This document shows positions 37,301-44,677 of a stretch of DNA of 58,306 bases, one piece after another. The position numbers and the translations under genes are program-made. Origin of the DNA: Candidatus Hadarchaeum sp. (GTDB lineage Archaea; Hadarchaeota; Hadarchaeia; Hadarchaeales; Hadarchaeaceae); assembly GCA_020725055.1 (NCBI GenBank), contig DYFS01000003.1:1-58306 (forward strand), written 5' to 3'. A model generated the notes under the pieces. That model made no database searches, was not told the origin of the DNA, and saw only the letters and a list, made by a program, of their open reading frames with translations. Numbering within the stretch: position 1 is the stretch's first letter; the number at the start of each line of letters is the position of its first letter.

Positions 37301-40300
37301 ATATACATGCGCACCCAGGGTGAACTCTGGAGTTACTCCATTTCCCGAAACACATGGACGCGCCTGACTGCCATGCCAGCGAGCGGGGCGAGCTTCAACA
37401 GCCTCGTTTGGGCGGACGGATATCTCTTTGCGCTTAGAGGGTATTGGGCCGATCCAAAGCACGAATTCTGGCGCTATTCCATCTCCGCAAACCGCTGGGA
37501 GAGCATGGCGTCAACTCCCATCGGGATTCATCGGGGGGCACTGGTGTGGACTGGCGGCGATCACATCTACACTTTGGACAATGGCGGGATCTTCCTGCGG
37601 TACTCCATCTCAAGCAACAGGTGGGATACTCTATCGTTCCCGTCCAGCATGCAGGCAGCAGATTTGGCATGGGACGGGCGGGATCACATCTACGCGATCT
37701 TGGAGAGGACCTACTACTCATTGGAACTCTGGAGGTACACGATTTCATCCGATAGCTGGGTTAAATTGGAGACGATCTCAGGTGTTACACCCGTGCAAGC
37801 ACCCCACTACCCATACCCCATAACCATGGTTTCGATAATGGTGCCCGGCGACGGATATCTGTACCTCGCGTGGCAAGATGGCAGGATTTGGAGGTACGAG
37901 TTACTCTCAAGAGAACTGATGTCCGTTGCCTCCGGGATTGGGACCACCTGGGACGCGGTATGGAACGGCGAGAGCATCTACACCGATGGGGGTTGGAAGT
38001 ACACGCCGTCTGTGGTGACGGTTGTAACTGGGGCGATGTGTGGCGTTGATACAATACCACCGACCTCAAGTGTCGACCCGATTTCCCCATATTGGAAGAA
38101 CTCTGGGATGCTTCCATTTGAGGTGAGCGCAACCGCTTCTGACCACCTCAGTGGAGTTGGAGGTGTTGAGCTCTGGTATAGGTACTCGGTCGATAACTTA
38201 GTATGGGAAGACTGGGTGCTTTACGACGTTGATAATTCCGAGCCTTACTCTTGGACATTTGACACTTCCAATGGTGATGGGTACTATGAATTTTACAGCG
38301 TGGCAACCGATAGAGCTGGCAATAGAGAGATATCTCCGGGGATAATCCTCCATCCCAGCGACGACACGTACATCAACTTCTCATCCCCAGCCATCAATTT
38401 CGGCTCTAGCCCCTATCTGCTCTTCAACGTGGAGGACGGAGAAGATGACATCAACCGCGCCTTCTTCAAATTCAATCTCAATTTGCCGGCAGAAACGACG
38501 ATAGTCGCGGCAACATTGAACATATATCAACTCGATGAAGACGGGGACCCCCAGCCGATCGAGGTGAGGGCGGTCGAGAACGATGAGTGGACCGAGAGTA
38601 CCCTAACATGGAAGAATCAGCCGAGTTATGGGGATGCTTTGGATGCGAAGTACACCTCCGTCCAAGGCTACCGCTGGCTCAGCTGGGATGTCACGAGTTT
38701 CGTGAAAATGGAAATCGAGGGCGATAAGCAGGTAAGTTTTTGCTTAAAAGTGATGGAAGAGAGGGCGCCCTCAGGGGATATGAGCAAACAGGCGTCGAAG
38801 GAATACTCAGACATCACATACCACCCGTACCTTTTGATCATCACGCCCTCCGACCTCCAAGCCGATGCTCTGGCGGGTGTGGATACGACGTCACCGACCT
38901 CGAGCATTAACCCAATCGAGCCTTATTGGCAGAATGCATTTATGATTCCATTCGAGGTGACCGCTGCGGCGCTTGATGAGCTCAGCGGCGTGGCGCGCGT
39001 CGAGTTCTGGTACCGATATTCCTCAGATAACCTAACGTGGGGACAATGGGATCCACTTGGCGTCGATGAGGTTAAGCCTTGGGAGTTGACGTTCAGCGTT
39101 CCCAGAGGGGATGGTTTCTATGAGTTCAGCAGCATGGCGATCGATGCAGCTGGCAACGCTGAGCTTCTCGAGCAGGTGTTGGTAGATGATTTCACCGCTC
39201 CCCTCGATACAGGGCTTTGGTCAGTCGGAAAGGTCGTGGTCAAATACGACGACGTTCAGGTCTCAGACGGCTCACTAAGGTTGAGCGCAAGGGCGGCAAA
39301 GGCCGGAAAGTACGGCGCAATTTATGCTGTTTCGAACGAGCTTCTGGATCTAACTCAAGGCTGGGTCATAGATGTCCAAATGGCGGTTCCGACGGACAAC
39401 GCGCCCGAGGACTTCAGGAGCGAGTTCTACCTCGCGTCCACGTTTACCACAATTGCGAACCCCCATGAGCTGCCTGACTGGCTGAGGGTTTCCGCTAGCG
39501 TTAATCGTGAGGGGGTTCGATGGATGCTCCAGCGCAAGCGATTGAGCGCCGGGGTGGGGTTGGGCACCCTCTACACGAGCGGCCCGACTAACAAGCTAGG
39601 TGGAACTTGGCGGATAGCCATCAACGGCGAAAACTTTGCAGTCTGGCTGGACGGCCAACGTGTTGAAAACTGGAGAGCGCACGAACTCCCATTCACGAGC
39701 GCCCACATGTACCTAGTCGAGCGCACGAAGGTCGCCCCCGTTTATACAGTGAGCTTCGATCATGTTAGGGTACAGGAGTTTTTGGCAGATGTACGCATTG
39801 GTGTCGACACGTCTCCCCCTGAGTCGTCCGTGAACCCGATCGAGCCCTACTGGCAAGAAACGTTGCCGTTCGGGATTTCTGCCACAGCGTCTGATGCGCT
39901 CAGCGGAGTCGCATCGGTAGAACTCTACTATAGGAGTTCGATCAACAGCATCAACTGGACATGGTGGAAGCTCTTCGGCACAGACGATACAGCTCCGTAC
40001 GAGTGGTCTTTCACGGCTCCCGATGGCTACGCCCTCTATGAGTTCTATTCTGTCGCGACCGATGTGGCAGGGAATGTTGAGGGGGCACCCGAGGTTGCAG
40101 ATGCATCGTGTGGAGTTGTAATCCCCGCGACGATCGACATCGATCCTGACACCCTCAACCTCCGAAGTCAAGGCCGATGGATAACCGCGTACATCGAGCT
40201 GCCGGGCGGCTTTGATGTGGCAAACATCGATGTGAGCACCGTGGCTCTCGAGGGTGACATCTTCCTCGAGGGGATTCTATCTTCCGAGCTTCATCCGGCT

Positions 40301-40873
40301 GAGACAGGTGACTATGACAGCGATGGCGTGCCCGACATGATGGTGAAGTTCGATCGCTCGGCCGTACAAGAACTGGTAAGTGTTGGCGACAACGTTAAGC
40401 TGATGGTGGTCGGCAAGTGGGGCCTAGCGCCATTTAGGGGCAGCGACAACATCCGGGTAATCGAGCCCGGCGAAGGGCAGCAAGACAATGGAAATAAACC
40501 CGAGGTTCCGCCCGGCCAGTCCGGCGGGCATCCCGGTCAGGGGCAGGGGCCGCCAGTAACGCCCCCGGGACAGGGGGGTCAATCCCCAAGCCAAGGTAAC
40601 CAAGGGGTTCAAGGCAACGAAGGAGGGCAACAAAACCAAGGTCAGGGGCCACCTCAAACGCCACTAGGGCAAGGGAACGATCAGAGCCAAAGCAATCAAA
40701 ATAAACAGCAAGGAAACCAGGGTCAGGGGCAAGGGAACAGCCAAAGCCAAGATAATCAAAGCAGTGATCAAGGAAATGGGCGAGGTCAGGGCAACTCGAA
40801 CGGTCAAAACAATGGTGATCAAGGCCAAGGAAACGGGCAAAATCAGGGCCGAGGGAAAACCAAGGAGAAGTAG
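34379..40873 (+). CDS. Giant multidomain cell-surface protein (2164 aa as an ORF)
   Basis: Domain order, recognised by eye: 3 FlgD-Ig-like domains, 2 copies of a ~95-aa repeated module, a GWN repeat, module 3, a Kelch-type propeller, module 4, a DNRLRE-like domain, module 5, a ConA/LamG-like domain, module 6, a C-terminal beta domain, and a Q/G/N-rich tail. Recognised motifs are PSPFNP...ITWNWNGTDD (FlgD-Ig-like), GVDTxPPxS...P.W....PF.I.A.A.D..SGV..VEL.YRYS.DN..W..W (module), RYSISSNRW blades (Kelch-like), and D.YI......NFG....L......D..RAF.KFNL...............L.IY...........V..V....W.E..LTW.NQP (DNRLRE-like). There is no signal peptide, and the ORF begins GTG followed by poly-Pro. Confidence 0.85.
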   Translation: MPPPPPPPLADTTAPTITGLQAQPSPFNPTLQNTQISFTLSEPANYTITISDFNDIVRRTFTGSGTGEITWNWNGTDDYGLLVNDGPYTITINAEDLAGNDATPVTTNVVVNAVDFQIQRGFDPAAFNPNFETTTLWYELSEPATVTVTITDAAGATVRHLVVGQDRGGGANSVVWNGTNDGGALLPGGTYRGVITATSFAGEAPDFVPPAPPTVTIDYGRPAITAWADDDPLDRTMGETSVSITYTIASPTGANLQVMITIFDEAGNVVNETPWILQLPGTYTWTWLGTDAAGNPVPDGLYPYRIRARTPPPAPVWANTRWGTVVVIDTNVQITQSADGVVQLLHPAGYNVNIGPAPAGPLTEAARAIRAQGLGYLHSQIYDITSTPNTFDPPALLMFSYDPALYGPRLQLYRFNPAANAWNPVPNQFVDVVNNRIIAEAVQLSIFAILSLPPDRTPPVSFVENIEPYWQNELPFMITAQATDDRSGVENVALWYRYSDDNVVWGPWVLFGIDDIPPWSWSFTAPNGDGHYEFYTVGVDRGGNIEKAREKADARAGVDTTPPESSVNPISPHWQKSLPLTITAQASDALSGAKEVMLFYRYSADNLRWSGWKLYGIDGEELWSWEVMPENDGYYEFGTIAIDRAGNVEQPIVESKTLTGAFVGWYAYNLWTDYGEWSWSEISGEHMYGYDEDGADRLDVLVYPPPLTSDEEMTVWVEVKIDGPAVELVEVPLPWDSLLEARFGPVTIRSIRPAQKWNVFVDEIYGTAENPNGDGNGNGWNGNGWNGWNGWNGNGWNGWDGWEEDEWDIPIEPEPREIHKRYEGAVTAKVRIAWPEATASAGVDTKPPESLLDPITPYWRNAGTVPFEITAVASDAFTGVENVELLYRYSLDNLNWSEWRAYRVDDEAPWSWEFNAPEGDGFYEFVSIARDRVGNAERMKGVVSFIHVDGTISTISSPPTTEGWRGLAWDGGDKIYMRTQGELWSYSISRNTWTRLTAMPASGASFNSLVWADGYLFALRGYWADPKHEFWRYSISANRWESMASTPIGIHRGALVWTGGDHIYTLDNGGIFLRYSISSNRWDTLSFPSSMQAADLAWDGRDHIYAILERTYYSLELWRYTISSDSWVKLETISGVTPVQAPHYPYPITMVSIMVPGDGYLYLAWQDGRIWRYELLSRELMSVASGIGTTWDAVWNGESIYTDGGWKYTPSVVTVVTGAMCGVDTIPPTSSVDPISPYWKNSGMLPFEVSATASDHLSGVGGVELWYRYSVDNLVWEDWVLYDVDNSEPYSWTFDTSNGDGYYEFYSVATDRAGNREISPGIILHPSDDTYINFSSPAINFGSSPYLLFNVEDGEDDINRAFFKFNLNLPAETTIVAATLNIYQLDEDGDPQPIEVRAVENDEWTESTLTWKNQPSYGDALDAKYTSVQGYRWLSWDVTSFVKMEIEGDKQVSFCLKVMEERAPSGDMSKQASKEYSDITYHPYLLIITPSDLQADALAGVDTTSPTSSINPIEPYWQNAFMIPFEVTAAALDELSGVARVEFWYRYSSDNLTWGQWDPLGVDEVKPWELTFSVPRGDGFYEFSSMAIDAAGNAELLEQVLVDDFTAPLDTGLWSVGKVVVKYDDVQVSDGSLRLSARAAKAGKYGAIYAVSNELLDLTQGWVIDVQMAVPTDNAPEDFRSEFYLASTFTTIANPHELPDWLRVSASVNREGVRWMLQRKRLSAGVGLGTLYTSGPTNKLGGTWRIAINGENFAVWLDGQRVENWRAHELPFTSAHMYLVERTKVAPVYTVSFDHVRVQEFLADVRIGVDTSPPESSVNPIEPYWQETLPFGISATASDALSGVASVELYYRSSINSINWTWWKLFGTDDTAPYEWSFTAPDGYALYEFYSVATDVAGNVEGAPEVADASCGVVIPATIDIDPDTLNLRSQGRWITAYIELPGGFDVANIDVSTVALEGDIFLEGILSSELHPAETGDYDSDGVPDMMVKFDRSAVQELVSVGDNVKLMVVGKWGLAPFRGSDNIRVIEPGEGQQDNGNKPEVPPGQSGGHPGQGQGPPVTPPGQGGQSPSQGNQGVQGNEGGQQNQGQGPPQTPLGQGNDQSQSNQNKQQGNQGQGQGNSQSQDNQSSDQGNGRGQGNSNGQNNGDQGQGNGQNQGRGKTKEK
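35741..36020 (+). repeat. Giant-protein repeat module 1 (~95 aa Ig-like unit; coordinates approximate)
   Basis: DRTPPVSFVENIEPYWQNELPFMITAQATDDRSGVENVALWYRYSDDNVVWGPW...GDGHYEFYTVGVDRGGN. Confidence 0.8.
36050..36327 (+). repeat. Giant-protein repeat module 2
   Basis: VDTTPPESSVNPISPHWQKSLPLTITAQASDALSGAKEVMLFYRYSADNLRWSGW...NDGYYEFGTIAIDRAGN. Confidence 0.8.
36905..37190 (+). repeat. Giant-protein repeat module 3
   Basis: VDTKPPESLLDPITPYWRNAGTVPFEITAVASDAFTGVENVELLYRYSLDNLNWSEW...GDGFYEFVSIARDRVGN. Confidence 0.8.
38045..38329 (+). repeat. Giant-protein repeat module 4
   Basis: VDTIPPTSSVDPISPYWKNSGMLPFEVSATASDHLSGVGGVELWYRYSVDNLVWEDW...GDGYYEFYSVATDRAGN. Confidence 0.8.
38879..39166 (+). 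repeat. Giant-protein repeat module 5
   Basis: VDTTSPTSSINPIEPYWQNAFMIPFEVTAAALDELSGVARVEFWYRYSSDNLTWGQW...GDGFYEFSSMAIDAAGN. Confidence 0.8.
39803..40083 (+). repeat. Giant-protein repeat module 6
   Basis: VDTSPPESSVNPIEPYWQETLPFGISATASDALSGVASVELYYRSSINSINWTWW...DGYALYEFYSVATDVAGN. Confidence 0.8.
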
Positions 40874-40880
40874 TTGCACT

Positions 40881-40888
40881 TTTTATAA
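40881..40888 (+). promoter_or_regulatory. Putative TATA box for leuS
   Basis: TTTTATAA lies about 31 nt upstream of the GTG start at 40919, inside the right end of the inserted island. Confidence 0.4.
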
Positions 40889-40918
40889 TTGGCTGGCTAG
40901 ATGTAAGTCGGCGATTTC

Positions 40919-43816
40919 GTGGTGAACTTTCAGGAGCTAGACGCCAAGTGGCAGCAGGCTTGGCGCGAGGCAAAGCTCTTCGAGGCCGAACCCGATGGGA
41001 GGCAGAAGTTCTACCTCACGGTCGCCTACCCTTACGTTTCGGGCCCCATGCATGTTGGCCACGGGCGCACCTACACGGTGCCCGACGTCATTTCACGCTA
41101 CAAGCGGATGCGGGGTTACAACGTGCTGTTTCCCATGGCATACCACTTCACGGGCACCCCGATTGTCGGGGCGGCGAAGCGCGTGGCGCGCAGGGAGCCG
41201 CAGTTCATCAAGGTCCTCACCGAGCGCTACGGGGTGAGTGGGGACGAGTTCAAGAAATTTGAGGATCCCCACTACTTCGCGAACCACTGGGCAAAGGTCA
41301 GCGATCTCAGCTACCGCAAGGGGATGGAATGGCTCGGCTACTCCATCGACTGGCGCCGCGAGTTCACCACCGTCGACCCGCACTACAGCCGCTTCATCAC
41401 CTGGCAGTACCACAAGCTGATGGAGGCCGGGCTAATCGTCAAGGGCGAGCACCCGGTGAAGTGGTGCCCACGCTGCCAGAACCCCGTGACAGACCACGAC
41501 CTGCTGGATGGGGAGGGCGTGGGCATCGTCGAGTTCACCCTGCTGAAGTACCGCCTCGGAGACTACGTGCTGCCCGCCGCGACGCTCAGGCCGGAGACCG
41601 TCTTCGGCGTCACCAACCTGTGGCTGAACCCGAACGTTGAGTACGTGCTCGCGGAGGTCGACGGTGAGCGGTGGGTGGTGAGCAGGGAGGCAGTCGAAAA
41701 GCTGCGCGAGCAGGGGCGCGAGGTCGGCGAGGTCCAGAAGTTCTCAACCCGTGAGCTGATGGGGAAAGAAATCGAGGTGCCGCTTACCCACAAGCGGGTC
41801 CTAATCCTGCCCGCACCGTTTGTCGACCCGGATAACGCAACTGGTGTCGTCGGCTCGGTCCCGGCGCACGCCCCCTACGACTACGTGGCGCTACTCGAGC
41901 TCCAGAAGAAGCCAGAACCGCTGAAGCAGTGGGGCACCGACCCGGCGGCGGTGCAGAAGCTCGGTGCAATCTCTCTCATCGAGGTCAGGGGCTTCGGCGA
42001 GTCCCCGGCGGTCGACGTGGTCAAGCGGATGAAGATTAAGAGTCAAACCGACCCGAAGCTCGAGGAGGCGACGGCGGAGGTGTACCGCAACGAGTTCGCG
42101 AAGGGCGTTATGCGCGACTGGGTGCCCAAGTACGGGGGGATGCAGGTCTCGGAGGCCAAGGCGCAGGTTAGGGATGATCTCGTGTTTAGCGGGGAAGCGG
42201 CGGCGATGTACGAGTTCTCGGCGAAACCCGTCACGTGCAGGTGCGGGGCAAAGTGCTGCGTGAGGCTAGTCAAGGACCAGTGGTTTTTGAACTATGCCGA
42301 TGAGGCTTGGAAAGAAAAGGCGCGCGCGTGCCTGGCGCAGATGCACCTCGTTCCCCCCGAGACGCGCGCGCAGTTCGAGCATGTCGTCGGGTGGCTCCAC
42401 GAGTGGCCATGCACGCGGCACATCGGGATGGGCACAGTGGCCCCCTGGGACTCGAACTGGATGATTGAATCGCTTAGCGACTCGACAATCTACATGGCGT
42501 ACTACACGGTCTCGCACATCCTAAAAACGGTTGAGCCTGACAAGCTCACAGACGAGGTCTTCGACCACATCTTCTTGGGTAAGGGCGATGCTGCCGCGAT
42601 CGCTAGGGTGACGGGCATCGAGGAGCAAAAGCTTCGGGCGATGCGCGGGGAGTTCGAGTACTGGTACCCGCTCGACTACCGGATGTCCGCGAACGAGCTC
42701 ATCCCAAACCACCTCACTTTCTTCACGTTCCACCACGCGCTACTCTTCCCGCAAAAACACTGGCCGCGAGGCATCGCGTCGTTCGGTATCGCGGTGCTCG
42801 AGGGGCAAAAGATGTCGTCCTCGAGGGGCAACATCGTGGCAATCAACGAGGCAGTTCGGAAGTACGGGGCGGACGCGGTGAGGCTTTACCTGATGTCAAC
42901 GGTCGAACCGTGGCAGGACTTCGACTGGCGCGCCCACGAGGCGGACGCGATGCTCCGCCACCTCGAGCGGTTCTACGCGCAGGCGCAGGAGATCGTGGCT
43001 CTCCCCGCCCCCGGGCGCCCGAGCTTGGGGCTGCCGGAGCGATGGATGCTCAGCAAGCTGCAGAGGCACGTCCGGGAGGCGACGGAGGCGCTCGAAGGCT
43101 TCGAGGTGCGGAAGGCGCTGCAACACGCGCTCTTCTCGCTCATGCAAGATTTGAGGTGGTACCTAAAACGCGCCAGGGGGGACGAGGCGTGCGCGTACGT
43201 GCTCAAGCGGGTGCTCGATACTTGGGTGCGGTTGCTCGCCCCATTCGCGCCGCACACCTGTGAGGAACTCTGGCACCAGATGGGCAAGGAGGGGTTTGTC
43301 TCGCTCACGCCTTGGCCTAAGGTCGAGGAGGGCATCATCGACCGCGCCGCTGAGTTCGCGGAGGACTACCTTGCGGGCATCTCCGATGACATAAGCAACA
43401 TCCTGCGCGCGGTAAAAATCGAGAGGCCTACGAGGATATGCCTGTACGTGGCGCAAGACTGGAAGTGGCGGGCCTACCGCATGGCGCTCGAGCGTGTGCG
43501 CGCCGGCAGGGTTGAGGTAAAAGAGCTCCTGCGCGAGGTCGAGCGCGGGCTGGGTTTGAGGCTGTACACGGCGGATCTGGCGAAATTCCTGCATCGCGTC
43601 GTCCAGGAGTTCAGGGCAATGCATGAGGAGCGGTTGGCTGAGCTCGCGGGGGTGGAGCTAGATGAGTTCCAGGTGCTTTTTGATGCCACCGGTTTCCTCA
43701 GCAAACAGTTCGGTGCGGGGGTCAAGATATTCATGGCGGATGACGCGACTCGGTACGACCCACAGGACAGAGCGCAGCTCTCCAAGCCCATGAGGCCAGC
43801 TATCCATGTGGAATGA
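40919..43816 (+). CDS. leuS: Leucine--tRNA ligase (archaeal type)
   Basis: HVGH (HIGH) motif in PYVSGPMHVGHGRTY, the KMSSS (KMSKS) motif, and CP1 editing-domain blocks. Length is 965 aa. GTG start. Confidence 0.95.
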   Translation: MVNFQELDAKWQQAWREAKLFEAEPDGRQKFYLTVAYPYVSGPMHVGHGRTYTVPDVISRYKRMRGYNVLFPMAYHFTGTPIVGAAKRVARREPQFIKVLTERYGVSGDEFKKFEDPHYFANHWAKVSDLSYRKGMEWLGYSIDWRREFTTVDPHYSRFITWQYHKLMEAGLIVKGEHPVKWCPRCQNPVTDHDLLDGEGVGIVEFTLLKYRLGDYVLPAATLRPETVFGVTNLWLNPNVEYVLAEVDGERWVVSREAVEKLREQGREVGEVQKFSTRELMGKEIEVPLTHKRVLILPAPFVDPDNATGVVGSVPAHAPYDYVALLELQKKPEPLKQWGTDPAAVQKLGAISLIEVRGFGESPAVDVVKRMKIKSQTDPKLEEATAEVYRNEFAKGVMRDWVPKYGGMQVSEAKAQVRDDLVFSGEAAAMYEFSAKPVTCRCGAKCCVRLVKDQWFLNYADEAWKEKARACLAQMHLVPPETRAQFEHVVGWLHEWPCTRHIGMGTVAPWDSNWMIESLSDSTIYMAYYTVSHILKTVEPDKLTDEVFDHIFLGKGDAAAIARVTGIEEQKLRAMRGEFEYWYPLDYRMSANELIPNHLTFFTFHHALLFPQKHWPRGIASFGIAVLEGQKMSSSRGNIVAINEAVRKYGADAVRLYLMSTVEPWQDFDWRAHEADAMLRHLERFYAQAQEIVALPAPGRPSLGLPERWMLSKLQRHVREATEALEGFEVRKALQHALFSLMQDLRWYLKRARGDEACAYVLKRVLDTWVRLLAPFAPHTCEELWHQMGKEGFVSLTPWPKVEEGIIDRAAEFAEDYLAGISDDISNILRAVKIERPTRICLYVAQDWKWRAYRMALERVRAGRVEVKELLREVERGLGLRLYTADLAKFLHRVVQEFRAMHEERLAELAGVELDEFQVLFDATGFLSKQFGAGVKIFMADDATRYDPQDRAQLSKPMRPAIHVE

Positions 43817-44490
43817 CTAGGGTGTATTTTTTGACAGTGAGTAACGAGCTTCGAAATGCGGTGCACGATTTACGATATCTGCTGGATCGAGGCTACCCAC
43901 GTGATTCTGCGGTCACTTTCGTAGCGAATCACTATCGCTTGGCTCTCGGGCAGCGGCACATGCTTGCGCGCTGTACTTTCTCGAGGCGGGAGGCGGCCGA
44001 GCACTGCCGGAAAGCCGTGAGAGCAAGTGCGGTGCGAGGGAAACATTTGGGAGTCGATGGCTACAACGTGCTCATAACTGTGGAGAGCATCCTTACCCAT
44101 AAGCAAGTCGTGAGGTGCGACGATGGTTACATCCGCGATTTGCGAGCTATATTCGGCAAGTACAAGCCTTCGAAAGCCACCGATCGTGCGCTGGCGGAGT
44201 TTTTGGGGGTGCTTAAGAGGGCTAGGCCAAGGGAGGTCGCCGTGCTCTTCGACAAGCAGGTGAGTCGGAGCGGTGAGCTTGCAGGGGTTGTGAGGCGCGG
44301 ACTCAAAAAATTCAGTTTACAAGGTGACTCGCGGGCGGTTGGTGGCGTGGATTTCAAACTTCGCGCCTTCGATGTCGTGGCCAGCAGCGATCGCGCTGTC
44401 ATCGAGCGGGCCAATGCAGTCTGGGATATCCCGGCCGAACTCGTGAAGCGAAAAAAGACGAACGTTCTGGATTTGAAAAACTTTAGATGA
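43813..44490 (+). CDS. Conserved archaeal protein (DUF434-like N-terminus with PIN-like C-terminal region, tentative)
   Basis: ATGA overlap with the leuS stop. LRYLLDRGYPRDSAVTFVANHYRL resembles DUF434 as I remember it, and GVDGYNVLITVES suggests a PIN-like fold. Not verified. Confidence 0.4.
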   Translation: MTRVYFLTVSNELRNAVHDLRYLLDRGYPRDSAVTFVANHYRLALGQRHMLARCTFSRREAAEHCRKAVRASAVRGKHLGVDGYNVLITVESILTHKQVVRCDDGYIRDLRAIFGKYKPSKATDRALAEFLGVLKRARPREVAVLFDKQVSRSGELAGVVRRGLKKFSLQGDSRAVGGVDFKLRAFDVVASSDRAVIERANAVWDIPAELVKRKKTNVLDLKNFR

Positions 44491-44550
44491 CACGTTCCGT
44501 TTTGACTGCACATGTCTGCCTATTTTGGGGCATCTAGAGCAGCTTTCAAA

Positions 44551-44634
44551 CTAGCCGACATAGGTTGAAACCCAAGCGACACTATTCCCTACCATCTAAA
44601 TACTTTCCGTTGCTTTTGCGTAGAGTTCTGTAAT
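44551..44634 (+). repeat. Island repeat copy R1 (core CTAGCCGACATAGGTTGA plus ~65 nt of extended similarity to R2)
   Basis: Direct comparison with 46403..46483. Shared blocks are CTAGCCGACATAGGTTGA, ACACTA-TCCC, AAATAC-TTCCGTTGC and GTTCTGTAAT. Confidence 0.85.
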
Positions 44635-44677
44635 TCGCCGTCCGGGACTTGTTTCCTCGTGGAAGATCCCGCGCGGC

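Noticed and set aside
40434-40973. 179-aa minus-strand ORF spanning the end of the giant gene and the leuS start
   Set aside because: It is the antisense of the Q/G/N-rich repeat and of the leuS N-terminus. Its composition is driven by the repeat.
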